A stretch of DNA of 64,000 bases from Minisyncoccota bacterium (GCA_032117235.1 JAULZW010000001.1:10762-74761), one strand, 5' to 3'. Shown: positions 20,581-30,780, numbered from the stretch's first letter. Program-made: numbers and translations. The notes: generated from the sequence alone by a model not told the origin.

Positions 20581-21510
20581 ATGTCTAATCATATTATCCT
20601 TGCAAAAGCACCTGTACTAGTACAAGAAATTAGCCCCTCTCAGGCCTTATATGCTATTGAACCGCTTAATCCTGGTTATGGAGTTACAATTGCTAATTCA
20701 TTAAGACGAGTTATGTTGTCTTCATTAGAAGGGGTTGCAGTCACCAGATACAGTATTAAAGGCGTAAGTCATGAATTTACTACCATTCCTAATGTTGTAG
20801 AAGATATTTTAGACATTACGCTTAATATTAAAGCTTTAAGATTCGACGCTGTTATAGATTCACCAACCCTTATAACTTTAAAGGCACAGGGTTCTAAAGT
20901 TGTAACTGGAGCAGATTTAAAGTTGCCCGGAGGAGTAACTGTAGTTAATCCTGAGACACCTATTCTAACTTTGACCAGTAAAGATGCTAATATTGAAATG
21001 GAATTAATAATCGAAAATGGATTTGGGTTTAGAAAAGATATAGATCAAAACATACAAGGAGAAGTCGGAATAATTGCTGTAGACTCAATCTTTACTCCAG
21101 TAATTAGAGTTTCTTATGATGTAGAGGATACTAGAGTTGGAGATAAAACCAACTATAATAGAGTAGTATTTAATATTAAAACTGATGGTACAATTACTCC
21201 ATTAGAAGTAATTCAAAAATCTGCTGCTATTTTGGTAGAGCAGTTTAATGCTTTAACTTCTTCTGGCGCCAAGATAGAAGAAGTTAAAGAAGAAAAAGTA
21301 GTTCCAGACATTGAAACTTCAAGTATTAAAATTTCAACTCTTGATTTATCTCAAAGAACCATTAAAGCTTTAGAGACTTCTGGAATTAAGAATATTGCTC
21401 AATTAGCTCAGTTTACCAAAGAAGACTTATTATCAATCAATGGAGTTTCAGCTAATGCTTTAAAAAAACTAGCAGACCAAATAGCGAAATATGATATTAC
21501 TATTGCATAA
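20581..21510 (+). CDS. rpoA: RNA polymerase alpha subunit
   Basis: EPLNPGYGVTIANSLRRVMLSS, HEF and VDSIFTPV motifs; alpha-CTD. Confidence 0.98.
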   Translation: MSNHIILAKAPVLVQEISPSQALYAIEPLNPGYGVTIANSLRRVMLSSLEGVAVTRYSIKGVSHEFTTIPNVVEDILDITLNIKALRFDAVIDSPTLITLKAQGSKVVTGADLKLPGGVTVVNPETPILTLTSKDANIEMELIIENGFGFRKDIDQNIQGEVGIIAVDSIFTPVIRVSYDVEDTRVGDKTNYNRVVFNIKTDGTITPLEVIQKSAAILVEQFNALTSSGAKIEEVKEEKVVPDIETSSIKISTLDLSQRTIKALETSGIKNIAQLAQFTKEDLLSINGVSANALKKLADQIAKYDITIA

Positions 21511-21558
21511 ATACGAAAAATAAGGTACAATGCAAAACATTAACAGGATCACACGATT

Positions 21559-21909
21559 ATGAATAAGGGAAATAAGTTACATAAGATTGGAAGAAATAGA
21601 GAGCAAAGAAAAGCACTTCTGCGTACTTTATCTAATGATTTGATTACTCGTGGAGCTATTACTACCACAGAAGCAAAAGCAAAAGCTTTAAAGGTATTTG
21701 TAGAAAGAATGGTTACCCATGCCAAAAAAGGTTCTTTAGCTTCTAGGCGATATGTTCTTAGATTTTTGACTCAAGGAGCTACACATAAATTATTTGATGA
21801 AATTGCACCCAATTATGCAGATAGAGTGGGTGGGTATACCAGAATTATTAAGGCTCCTATTAGAAAAAGTGATGTCAGTAAAATGTCTATCATTGAATTA
21901 GTTAAGTAA
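21559..21909 (+). CDS. rplQ: 50S ribosomal protein L17
   Basis: ITTTEAKAK and GGYTRIIK motifs. Confidence 0.97.
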   Translation: MNKGNKLHKIGRNREQRKALLRTLSNDLITRGAITTTEAKAKALKVFVERMVTHAKKGSLASRRYVLRFLTQGATHKLFDEIAPNYADRVGGYTRIIKAPIRKSDVSKMSIIELVK

Positions 21910-21915
21910 TATAAT

Positions 21916-22281
21916 ATGCAGAGAGAAATTATTACCATTGATGCAGATAATAAAAGATTAGGAAATCTAGCTACTGAAGTAGCAACTCTTTTAATGGGTA
22001 AAAACTCAGCTAATTTTGAATATCATGTGGATGGAGGAGCTAAAGTTATTGTCTATAATACCAATAAATTATCTATTCATCCTAACAAGATCGCTTCTAA
22101 GACATACTATAGACATACAGGTTATCCTGGTGGAATTAAATCAATTACTGCTGATAAGCAAATGGCAAAAGACTCAACTGAAGTTTTGAGGAAGGCTGTA
22201 TATGGTATGCTTCCCAAAAACAGACTAAGAGCTAAAATGTTAGCTAGACTTGTATTACATAAGAATGATATAACTAAATAA
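21916..22281 (+). CDS. rplM: 50S ribosomal protein L13
   Basis: YYRHTGYPGG and AVYGMLPKNRL motifs. Confidence 0.97.
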   Translation: MQREIITIDADNKRLGNLATEVATLLMGKNSANFEYHVDGGAKVIVYNTNKLSIHPNKIASKTYYRHTGYPGGIKSITADKQMAKDSTEVLRKAVYGMLPKNRLRAKMLARLVLHKNDITK

Positions 22282-22284
22282 TTT

Positions 22285-22704
22285 ATGGCCACAACTACTA
22301 CAACCAAAGCAAAGTATTATTATGAAGGAGTAGGACGAAGAAAAGCTGCTACCGCTAGGGTTAGAGTAACTTTATCTCGTAAAAAAGAGCACAGCATTAT
22401 AGTAAATGATAAATCTCTACAGGAATACTTTGACTTAACTGATCATCAAAACAATGTAGCTAAACCTTTATCTGTATTGGGTGTAGAAAATTTTGATATT
22501 ACTGTAAAAGTAACTGGAGGCGGTGTGAACGGACAAGCTGATGCTATACAATTAGGTCTATCTAGAGCACTGGTTAAATATGATGAAACTTTAAAAAAAC
22601 AACTTAAAGATAATAATTATCTAACTCGTGACCCTAGAGTTAAAGAAAGAAAGAAACCAGGACTTAAAAAAGCAAGAAAGTCTCCACAGTGGGCAAAACG
22701 ATAA
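22285..22704 (+). CDS. rpsI: 30S ribosomal protein S9
   Basis: GRRKAATARV, GGG..GQ and ERKKPGLKKARKSPQWAKR motifs. Confidence 0.98.
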   Translation: MATTTTTKAKYYYEGVGRRKAATARVRVTLSRKKEHSIIVNDKSLQEYFDLTDHQNNVAKPLSVLGVENFDITVKVTGGGVNGQADAIQLGLSRALVKYDETLKKQLKDNNYLTRDPRVKERKKPGLKKARKSPQWAKR

Positions 22705-22710
22705 ATTGTA

Positions 22711-22743
22711 ATAAAAAAGAGGTTTTACCCTCTTTTTTATTTT
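22711..22743. terminator. Bidirectional terminator
   Basis: ATAAAAAAGAGG/CCTCTTTTTTAT between convergent genes. Confidence 0.75.
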
Positions 22744-22763
22744 GATGTAATTTTTATTTGTTT

Positions 22764-24209
22764 CTAATTGTTAAAATTAATCAAGGGAGTTCTAATTGGA
22801 AATTGGAAGTATTGTAATTTATCTTCTGCGTTGCTAATTAGAGTTCTAGCGTCATTATTAATTCTAATTGAAATAAAGTTTTGGGTATTATCTAGTAAGG
22901 GATAGATATTAATGTTACTACGAGTATCAGATTCTACTACTTTAAGGTTATTATTCTCAATAAATATTATATATTCAGAATTAGGTTCCCAGAATTCTGA
23001 TTTAGATATTTTATCTTCAGAAGTGTATAGAATATCAAAATCTCCTTCAATTCTAGATTTATATCCCTCAATCGTGTCTAGATATAGATTTGAAATGGTA
23101 TTTTCACCCTTTAGAAGTGCTTTTCTAGAATCTATACTAAATTGTATGTCTTTTATCTCAAGGTCTGAAATTTGATTGAATTCTGGAGTTTGAGCTCCGA
23201 GAGCTTTAAGCCAAGCTTTTTGCTTGTCGTCTATAAGTATAATATGTCCTTGATTAGGGCTTACAAAAATTTTACTTATATTAATGCCAGGTATATCTAT
23301 AGCATTACTTTGTTTAGTATCTACATTGAATATACGAACCAGATTTTTGGAGATATCTTTATTAGAAGTATAATAAAGAGCATTATTTATGAAAGTATAT
23401 TTATCAATACTCCCTACAAGGGGTTCGGATATAGTACTGAATTGTTGTTTAATCTCATACAATAATCCAGATTGTGTGAAAAATAGTCTGTCTGTATCTA
23501 AACTTACAATCTTAACTGGATTTGCTACTGTGTCAGCAACAGGGATGAGATTGGTAATATTAAATAGTGTAGGATTAGTGTCAACATTAATTACTACAAA
23601 GTATTGGAAAATATTATTAAGGGAGGTTTTAAAGCTAAGTGTTTTACCTGTAGTATCCCAAACAAAGTCTGAGTAATCTTGATTTTCTACGCCTCCCAAG
23701 TTTATACTGTCAGTAATTCTTTTACGGAGCTTTGTGTCCAAATTAAGTAGCCAAAGACCAGATTCCTTAGGAATGTAAGAAGTATAAAGAACAGATCCTG
23801 CATCAGGAACTCTGCTTATATTGCTAGCTGATGATATATCTGTAAAATTCTCTAACTTAGGTTTTTCTGGGAATAGAGTTACTTCACTTATTAACTGAAC
23901 TAAAGAAGGTTGTATAGATATTTTCTTAGACCATGACTGATATCCTGGAATAGATAATACAACATTTAAATCTTGTGGAGCTAATCCGACTTTGAGTAAA
24001 GGGCTTTTAGATTCAAATTTATCATTAATGTTAATTTCATAAGCTATTCTGGTGTTAATTCTGATTCCGCCAGTGCTTGTTAAAATTGAACCATCATCGC
24101 TATCTTTGCTTAAACGATATCCCATACTATATAGTACAAGAGCTGGAGCTATTATAAAGAATAATAAGATAAGAGTCCAAGCAAATATTTTTTGTATATT
24201 TCTATTCAT
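22764..24209 (-). CDS. Membrane-anchored protein, probably PEGA-like plus beta-propeller
   Basis: N-terminal TM followed by YSMGYR, TGGI and PGYQSWSKKI, then beta-rich repeats. Confidence 0.7.
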   Translation of the reverse strand: MNRNIQKIFAWTLILLFFIIAPALVLYSMGYRLSKDSDDGSILTSTGGIRINTRIAYEININDKFESKSPLLKVGLAPQDLNVVLSIPGYQSWSKKISIQPSLVQLISEVTLFPEKPKLENFTDISSASNISRVPDAGSVLYTSYIPKESGLWLLNLDTKLRKRITDSINLGGVENQDYSDFVWDTTGKTLSFKTSLNNIFQYFVVINVDTNPTLFNITNLIPVADTVANPVKIVSLDTDRLFFTQSGLLYEIKQQFSTISEPLVGSIDKYTFINNALYYTSNKDISKNLVRIFNVDTKQSNAIDIPGINISKIFVSPNQGHIILIDDKQKAWLKALGAQTPEFNQISDLEIKDIQFSIDSRKALLKGENTISNLYLDTIEGYKSRIEGDFDILYTSEDKISKSEFWEPNSEYIIFIENNNLKVVESDTRSNINIYPLLDNTQNFISIRINNDARTLISNAEDKLQYFQFPIRTPLINFNN

Positions 24210-24218
24210 ATATTTATG

Positions 24219-24632
24219 TTAAATTTCATCTAAAGCTTTATTGGCTAGAGCATCTGCTTGCTTATTGAATTCTCTCCGAATATGAATAAAATCTACTGAT
24301 GCAAATTTAATTCTCAGATTCCAAATTTTTATAAAAGCTTTTTGAATAGCCTCGTCTTTTAGCTCATAAATACCTGTCAATTGTTTTTGAGCCAACTCTG
24401 AGTCAAGATATAGCTCTATAAAGTATTTTTTGGAATTGGTTTTCCCAACTAAAGATTTAGCTTTTTCTAGAGCTACAATAATGGCCTGATATTCAGCATA
24501 ATTATTGGTAGCAATACCAAGAGATTGATGATAAGTTTTAACTTCTCCATCTGGTAATTCTATTACAACTCCTATAGAAGCTGGTCCAGGATTTCCTCTA
24601 GAAGCTCCATCTGTATGTATTTTGATTGTCAT
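24219..24632 (-). CDS. rnhA: Ribonuclease HI family protein
   Basis: TDGASRGNPG, TNNYAEY, DSEL and N..AD.LAN motifs. Confidence 0.93.
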   Translation of the reverse strand: MTIKIHTDGASRGNPGPASIGVVIELPDGEVKTYHQSLGIATNNYAEYQAIIVALEKAKSLVGKTNSKKYFIELYLDSELAQKQLTGIYELKDEAIQKAFIKIWNLRIKFASVDFIHIRREFNKQADALANKALDEI

Positions 24633-24720
24633 ATAAAATATAGATTAAGATAATTATAACATATATTTTATTTTTTTGTATAGGAAGTATCTCTAAAATA
24701 TTTATTTCTAAATAAAAATG

Positions 24721-24793
24721 TGGGTGCAGGTGGGCTCGAACCACCGACCAAAGGCTTAAAAGGCCTCTGCTCTACCAACTGAGCTATGCACCC
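24721..24793 (-). tRNA. tRNA-Lys(TTT), CCA not encoded
   Basis: GGGTGCA acceptor stem, GAGGC-CTTTTAA-GCCTT anticodon arm, GGTTCGAG T-loop. Confidence 0.95.
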
Positions 24794-24868
24794 ATAAAAA
24801 TTAAACACTAACATATTATACACAAAATAAAATATTTTGCAAATATATTATTTTAAACTATGTCTTTA

Positions 24869-26728
24869 TTACCAGCTTCCGCCACCTCCTCCGCCACCGC
24901 CTCCACCAGATGATCCACTGCCAGATGAGCCGCTACTACTATCACTAGTGTTGGGCGATGACATTAGAGAAGATGTTGCGAAGTAACTAAAATTGTTCAT
25001 TGATTGGCTTAGAGTAATTGTGCTAAAAGTTGTTCTAGAGTTTCCTGAATACCAAGTCGGAGGCATTGTATATATTTCTTTAAATTCTTTTGCCCAAATA
25101 TCGGCAACTCCTAAAACCATTGCATAGGGTAAAAGTTTTTCAAAAACCTCCGGCTTTTTTTCTGGGGCATTGTGAAATTTAATACGGTTCTTTTCAGCGA
25201 CCTGTAGATATTCTTTAAGACCAAGAATATACTCTTTTGTTATGGCTCCTTTTTTTGTTTTTGAAGAACTAAAGTTATATATTAGATTATAGATTATAAT
25301 TGAAAAGAATATTCCTACTATCAATGGGAACGGGTTGTCTTTAAAAAGTAAAAATCCTAAAATACCACCAATAAATAAAGAAGCAAATACTGATATCACA
25401 ATCATTGAAAATATATCCAAACCATTTTTTATTTGTCCTAAATTTCTGTAATAACCTTTGTTTAGGAGTGAATCTAGAACTGAAGTCACTATAGTTTCCA
25501 CATTTCGGTAGAATACATCTTTCAAACTAGAAAGTTTTATAGATTGATATTGACTAATAGGATGAGTTTCAACAACAGGGTTACGACCTTGAAATATAGC
25601 CTTTAAGTTAAGGGATGTTGTATTAGGTTGAGTATTAAATAAACTATTCAACAGCTTTTGATCAAAATCGTTTGGAAGAGTAGAGAAATCTTTTAGTCTT
25701 GTAAGTTCGAAGTCAGTGAATTTTATTAATCCAACAAATCGCTCTTCCATTTGGTGAATTTTAAGATATCCTTTAGTTGCAAGATAAATTATCTCAGCAG
25801 AAATATCACTATTATCTAACTTCTCTTTAGCAATAGTACCAACTTCTATAGGTGTGAGATTATCAGGAGCATCATATTGGGGCACTATTATACCTGTACC
25901 ACGCTCATCACGCCCTTTTTTATGCCAATTTAATAAAGAAAATATGAGAGTTAATATTGGCAAGGTTCCAGCAATCAACCAACGCCAATATTTGTCAAAA
26001 AAATTAGACTCTGAATATTGAGACACAACAGTAATATCTTCCTGAAAATTAGACTCTGAATATTGAGACACAACTCCTTTTGGAAAACCTACAGCAACAG
26101 TAATACCTTCCTGTGGATTAAGAACAGCTGTAGTATTGAATGAATAAATGTTTTCATAGTAGGATGTCTGGCATTTGTCTTTACTTCCTTTAAGGCCATA
26201 ATAACATTCTGATTGAATCACATTAACCCCATAAGGTAATCTTACTGAAGCTTTTGCTTGGTATATAGGAAGATTCCATTCATCACCAGTCACATTCCAA
26301 TATATCTCATCTAAGTCTTTAAGCTGAGCAATTGCATTTGTCGCTTTGTATTTTATAATATAAACTTTTTGCCCAAGAAATGCTATATCTGGATTTCCAA
26401 TTTTTATCTTGATACTATCTTTAGAATCAGAAGTTTCAAATTCATAAGGATCACCTTTCTCATCTTTTACGGTAATATTTTCAATAGACATTCTTCTTTC
26501 TTGAGAAGAAATAGTAGCTATATCTCGATAAATACCACGACGTTTCTCAGGACCTGTATTATATGTGATTTGCTCTGTTACATCTATAGAATTATCTATA
26601 TTTACAACAATGTCGGATATATAAGAGATAATAGACTCTTCAGGAACAACATTTTGTGCTACTACACTATTAAAGTTAAGCCCTAAGGTCAAAATATAAG
26701 TTAATAGTAACAAATAAATTTTCCCCAT
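24869..26728 (-). CDS. DUF2207 family membrane protein
   Basis: Signal peptide, GIYRDI, YWNVTG..W, LLPYAMVLG...W and C-terminal SGGGGGGGGGGSW. Confidence 0.9.
   Translation of the reverse strand: MGKIYLLLLTYILTLGLNFNSVVAQNVVPEESIISYISDIVVNIDNSIDVTEQITYNTGPEKRRGIYRDIATISSQERRMSIENITVKDEKGDPYEFETSDSKDSIKIKIGNPDIAFLGQKVYIIKYKATNAIAQLKDLDEIYWNVTGDEWNLPIYQAKASVRLPYGVNVIQSECYYGLKGSKDKCQTSYYENIYSFNTTAVLNPQEGITVAVGFPKGVVSQYSESNFQEDITVVSQYSESNFFDKYWRWLIAGTLPILTLIFSLLNWHKKGRDERGTGIIVPQYDAPDNLTPIEVGTIAKEKLDNSDISAEIIYLATKGYLKIHQMEERFVGLIKFTDFELTRLKDFSTLPNDFDQKLLNSLFNTQPNTTSLNLKAIFQGRNPVVETHPISQYQSIKLSSLKDVFYRNVETIVTSVLDSLLNKGYYRNLGQIKNGLDIFSMIVISVFASLFIGGILGFLLFKDNPFPLIVGIFFSIIIYNLIYNFSSSKTKKGAITKEYILGLKEYLQVAEKNRIKFHNAPEKKPEVFEKLLPYAMVLGVADIWAKEFKEIYTMPPTWYSGNSRTTFSTITLSQSMNNFSYFATSSLMSSPNTSDSSSGSSGSGSSGGGGGGGGGGSW
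26000..26074. repeat. 30-bp direct repeat inside the DUF2207 gene
   Basis: AAAATTAGACTCTGAATATTGAGACACAAC at 26000-26029 and 26045-26074, duplicating VVSQYSESNF. Confidence 0.9.
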
Positions 26729-26856
26729 AAATTCTTAAGTGTTTATGAAAAAAATATTTTCCGCCTTAGCTTTTATCAATAATTTATTTATATTTACAGC
26801 TTTACTTAGTATATATACTAGAAGCATTATTTTATTTTTTATTTAATAATTATAGT

Positions 26857-26944
26857 TGGTGGGCAGAGTAGGACTCGCACCTACGTAGCCTGAAAAGGCG
26901 TCGGTTTTACAGACCGATGCGTTTGACTGCTCCGCCATCTGCCC
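26857..26944 (-). tRNA. tRNA-Tyr(GTA)
   Basis: GGGCAGA/TCTGCCC acceptor stem, TCGGT-CTGTAAA-ACCGA anticodon arm, long variable arm, CCA; atypical T-loop. Confidence 0.9.
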
Positions 26945-26977
26945 CAATGTACATACATTATACCATAGATATTCCTA

Positions 26978-27053
26978 TGGAGCCGAAAAGAGGATTTGAA
27001 CCCCCGACCTACCGCTTACAAGGCGGTTGCTCTACCAGCTGAGCTATTTCGGC
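26978..27053 (-). tRNA. tRNA-Thr(TGT)
   Basis: GCCGAAA acceptor stem, ACCGC-CTTGTAA-GCGGT anticodon arm, GGTTCAAATCC, CCA. Confidence 0.95.
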
Positions 27054-27211
27054 TATAAAATATAAAGTTACAATTGTATAATGCACTTTATCAAATATAT
27101 CACAATTTTAATTTTTTGTCTATTGTTTGTAATAGATGAGATGATCGTAGACAAATTGCAAAATAAAAAGTTAAAGGATGGAAGGAACACATAAAGTATT
27201 ATATAATTCAC

Positions 27212-27458
27212 TGTCCTCCTTTGGAGGAGGTGGCACGAAGTGCCGGTGGTGGATAATTAGTAATTTATACGTTAGATTTATGCTTGGATATCTTTTCAAT
27301 CTATACTCTGTCCACCCTCCCCCGTCGCAAATAGAATTTGCTCCTGTGAAACCTCACGGTTTCCCAACCTTCCTCCACGGGAAAACTCCCGTTTTCCAGA
27401 CCCCTTTCCCAAAGGCTAAAGCCTTTTTACGGGTACTCCCTCCAAAGGGAGACAAAAT
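27212..27458. repeat. GC-rich REP/MITE-like composite repeat, copy B
   Basis: Shares TGTCCTCCTTTGGAGGAGGTGGCACGAAGTGCCGGTGGTGGATAA and the CCACCCTCCCCGTCGCAAAT...GGGAGACAAAAT block with 2632-2904. Confidence 0.85.
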
Positions 27459-27507
27459 AAATTTCAATTTTAAATTTTTGTCTATTGTTTGGGACATAAG
27501 AATCTAT

Positions 27508-28932
27508 CTAATTGTTAGGAGGTGGGGGAGTAGTCTCAGGAGTGGGAGTATCGAGTTTATCTATATACTCTAAATCATCATCTGATATTCCTAGTTGATC
27601 TAATATATAAATATGTCTACTGTTGCTAGGGTCGTATTTCCCAACAGAAAACCTCATCATTTCATCAGGATTATTTTTTATTACATCCCAAACCCCAATA
27701 TTTCCCTCTCTATATATCATATCCTTTGTAAAACAAACACCTGCAGTTTTACAATCAGTTCCTCTAAAAGTTCTAATACATCTATTCCAAGCATTATTTT
27801 TAGAACTAATACTGGCTTCTTCGGGTGATTTTTTTGCTCCAAGAGCTTTAAAATAAAAATATTTTTCTAATACCTCATAAGTTTCTCTAAAATCTCTTTT
27901 TTTACCATCTAACCCCATTGCTAAACTTATAGCTAAATGTCCTTCTAAGCCAGAAAAATCATTTACAGAAGATTTGAGAACTTGTTCTCTCATTGTAGCA
28001 ACCCCTTCCTCTCCTTGTTCATAACGATCTAAACCTAGACTCAATAATCTTAATTGAGTATTTTCACCATTAACTCTTCTAGCAACATGAGTCCCCACTT
28101 CATGTACGAGTAAAGATTGTAGCCTTGTTTTGGATGGAAGCACTCTAGATTCAGGTATAGTAACATTTTTCTGCTCCTGATTTGTACTAATTGATGTACT
28201 ATTATCTACTGTAATTACCTCCCAACCATCTGCATTTGACTCTCTTAATGCTTCTTCAAAAGCATTTCTTATAGAATTAGAATCATACTTACCATCTTCT
28301 AGGGGTATATTTAAAATACTATCAAATTCTTGTTTAGTTTTTACTCTTGCTAATTCTACAGTATCATCGGAAGGAGTAGATATATCTGGATTAGTGGTTT
28401 CAATATCCAATTCACCTAGTGTTTGCATTAATATCTCGGCAGATGCCTTAATGTCTGGATTATCAGAATTTAAAGCCTTACTTATTTTGTTATTTAGATT
28501 ATACATAGTATATTTAAAAACTTCATCTGAGGGTTTTCCATAAATATACTTAGAATATCTTTCAAATCTTCGCATATCTCCATTATGTGAAGATTTCATC
28601 ATTCTTAACTCTGCAATTTTTTCATTAATTTTCCAGCTATATACATTACGAACTATCTCATTAGTCTCCTGCTCTAAAATATCTTGTTTTAACTGCATTA
28701 AGCTAGACTCAATATTGTTAATTGTTTCTATATCTAGCAAAGGATAGTCTAAATCAGGATTTTCTATTTCTCCACTAAGGAAAGCTTCCTTTTGAGTGTT
28801 TCTAGCACCTGCTTCTCCATTGAAGTACTCATAAGCTTGAAAAGATCCAATTTCTTCAAATCTATTATACCAATTATCATCGAGAGATTCAGACTCGAGT
28901 TTTTGTGATGTTTGGTGTTCTAGATTTGTCAT
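27508..28932 (-). CDS. DUF1704 / MATCAP-like zinc metallocarboxypeptidase
   Basis: HEVGTH (HExxxH) zinc motif, R..NG, EEGVAT, R..RG and FTKDMIYREG. Confidence 0.8.
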   Translation of the reverse strand: MTNLEHQTSQKLESESLDDNWYNRFEEIGSFQAYEYFNGEAGARNTQKEAFLSGEIENPDLDYPLLDIETINNIESSLMQLKQDILEQETNEIVRNVYSWKINEKIAELRMMKSSHNGDMRRFERYSKYIYGKPSDEVFKYTMYNLNNKISKALNSDNPDIKASAEILMQTLGELDIETTNPDISTPSDDTVELARVKTKQEFDSILNIPLEDGKYDSNSIRNAFEEALRESNADGWEVITVDNSTSISTNQEQKNVTIPESRVLPSKTRLQSLLVHEVGTHVARRVNGENTQLRLLSLGLDRYEQGEEGVATMREQVLKSSVNDFSGLEGHLAISLAMGLDGKKRDFRETYEVLEKYFYFKALGAKKSPEEASISSKNNAWNRCIRTFRGTDCKTAGVCFTKDMIYREGNIGVWDVIKNNPDEMMRFSVGKYDPSNSRHIYILDQLGISDDDLEYIDKLDTPTPETTPPPPNN

Positions 28933-28939
28933 AATACAT

Positions 28940-29932
28940 TTAATTTATACTATATAATTTCTTCATTCCAGATAATAGTATAAGTGCTAATATATTTCTA
29001 TGCTTGCAGAAGTTTAAATCTTCAAAGGATCCATGTTGGTAAAATCTTGAAGGGATATAGCCATATTGTTTGGAAAAATACTTGGAGACAATGTTTTGAT
29101 ATTTTTCTAAAGTTTCTTTTTTAGAATTCATATTTAACCCCCAACAGACTCCAATTTCTGCAATAATGTCTACCTCATTAGTTGAAAATATTTTTGCTTC
29201 CATATCTTCAAACTCCCCCCAAATCCAATCAAATGTATTGTTAGATATATGGTGATTATAAAATTGACTTTCCCCTATAATTATATGCGTTAGTGTGTAC
29301 AAATAATTAAGAAATACTATAGGATCTTCTATCTCACGATCAGTGTAATTGTCTTTAATTATTTTAAATAGTAATGTTTCATCTTCTTCTCTATAAGGAG
29401 AGTTGGGTAAAAATTTTGTTAGATATAAACTATTTACTATTTGTACAGGTGCAAATAGTACTGACTCTGAGCTATTTTCTATAAAAGATATTATTTTAGG
29501 GTATGTTTCGTGTATATAGTTTTGAGTTTGGGTATATATTGTTGGATTTAAATCTTTAATTAGGTTGATTCTATTTAAATATTCAAAGTCAGTAATAACT
29601 TTTTTAAATAAAATTAAATCATGTATCTTATCATTTTTATTGATATAAACATTTCTCTTTAGTTTTTTTGGTACTTGCTCAGATAGAGGATATAGTTTGG
29701 GGATTTCCTTACTAATGATTGATCTTGAAAAATTATGCTTTATGTAGTAATCTAAATTAGATATATTGGTCTCTACAGCATAATCTTTTAATATCTGTAG
29801 ATATTTATATTCACCATAAATTCTATATAAACGAAATAGAAGAAATATTTTCCCTGAGTTTGGTAACTTAGGAATAAGGGATAATAATGTTTTCTTAATA
29901 GTCTCGGCTTCAGTATGATATGCTTTTTTCAT
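28940..29932 (-). CDS. DUF3541-like protein
   Basis: RLYR, YTLTHIII..S.FY, DIIAEIGV, G.IPS and HRNILA motifs recalled from DUF3541; no obvious signal peptide. Confidence 0.65.
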   Translation of the reverse strand: MKKAYHTEAETIKKTLLSLIPKLPNSGKIFLLFRLYRIYGEYKYLQILKDYAVETNISNLDYYIKHNFSRSIISKEIPKLYPLSEQVPKKLKRNVYINKNDKIHDLILFKKVITDFEYLNRINLIKDLNPTIYTQTQNYIHETYPKIISFIENSSESVLFAPVQIVNSLYLTKFLPNSPYREEDETLLFKIIKDNYTDREIEDPIVFLNYLYTLTHIIIGESQFYNHHISNNTFDWIWGEFEDMEAKIFSTNEVDIIAEIGVCWGLNMNSKKETLEKYQNIVSKYFSKQYGYIPSRFYQHGSFEDLNFCKHRNILALILLSGMKKLYSIN

Positions 29933-29940
29933 AAAAACTA

Positions 29941-30780
29941 TTATTTGGTACTCATTAAATAATTAACAATATCAAAAGCTGTATCAGAATTGTGTGCTAA
30001 GTCAAAGCCGCTAAAGTGAGGAAATTGATTTACCTCAATAACTAGGGGCTCATTATTTGCAGTAATCAATATATCTACACCAGCATATTCAAGGTCTAAT
30101 TCTCTACATACATTTATAGCTAAATTTTTTATTTCGTCTGAATAGTTATAAGCTTTACCCTTATTCCCCTGAGATATATTTGTTGTTATGGAATCAGAAC
30201 TCTTTATTCTTTGCAAAGCCCCTAATACTTTATCGCCGAGTACTATTATGCGAAGATCAAACTCAATAGGAATATATTGCTGATATATTACTTCTTCAGG
30301 ATTGTATAGATTAAGATATTCTTTTAAATCACTCTCTGATTCCATTAACTCAACACCTTTACCAAGAGATCCACTTTTAGGCTTTATTATAAATCTATTA
30401 TCATTTAATTTACTACATATATTTTCATATGATTGATATCCTCTAGAAAAAAGAGTTTTAATAATAGGAATATTGGGGTTCTTAGATAAATATGTATACT
30501 GTATTAATTTATCATAAGAAGGATATTTTAGTAGATGTGTCCTATTTAGCTGACGAGTATTATCTGAAACATATTTATCCCAATATAAGGGAGGGATACT
30601 ATATAGATTTCTATTTATAACAATATCATATGGTTTATTTAATAGGTTAGAGTCGGGGAGTGATAACAACTCTGATTTAGTTGATATAACATCTGCCTTT
30701 ATTGAAAATTTTTGGAATGCATTTAATAATTTTCTAATTGAATTATTGTTTTCTGAAAGTGTTGTAATGAGTGCATTCAT
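29941..30780 (-). CDS. RimK/LysX-family ATP-grasp amino-acid ligase
   Basis: DKL.QY, IIKP..GSLGKGV, QQYI, DLRIIVLG, TNISQG, AGVDIL and IEVN motifs; likely start ATG 30780. Confidence 0.88.
   Translation of the reverse strand: MNALITTLSENNNSIRKLLNAFQKFSIKADVISTKSELLSLPDSNLLNKPYDIVINRNLYSIPPLYWDKYVSDNTRQLNRTHLLKYPSYDKLIQYTYLSKNPNIPIIKTLFSRGYQSYENICSKLNDNRFIIKPKSGSLGKGVELMESESDLKEYLNLYNPEEVIYQQYIPIEFDLRIIVLGDKVLGALQRIKSSDSITTNISQGNKGKAYNYSDEIKNLAINVCRELDLEYAGVDILITANNEPLVIEVNQFPHFSGFDLAHNSDTAFDIVNYLMSTK

Noticed and set aside
22912-23676. Several 60-130 aa ORFs antisense to or nested in long genes, here and elsewhere in the window
   Set aside because: Shadow ORFs overlapping well-supported genes, with no motifs of their own.
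24873-24945. GC-rich CCGCCA/CCTCCA repeats
   Set aside because: They simply encode the Gly/Ser tail typical of DUF2207 proteins.
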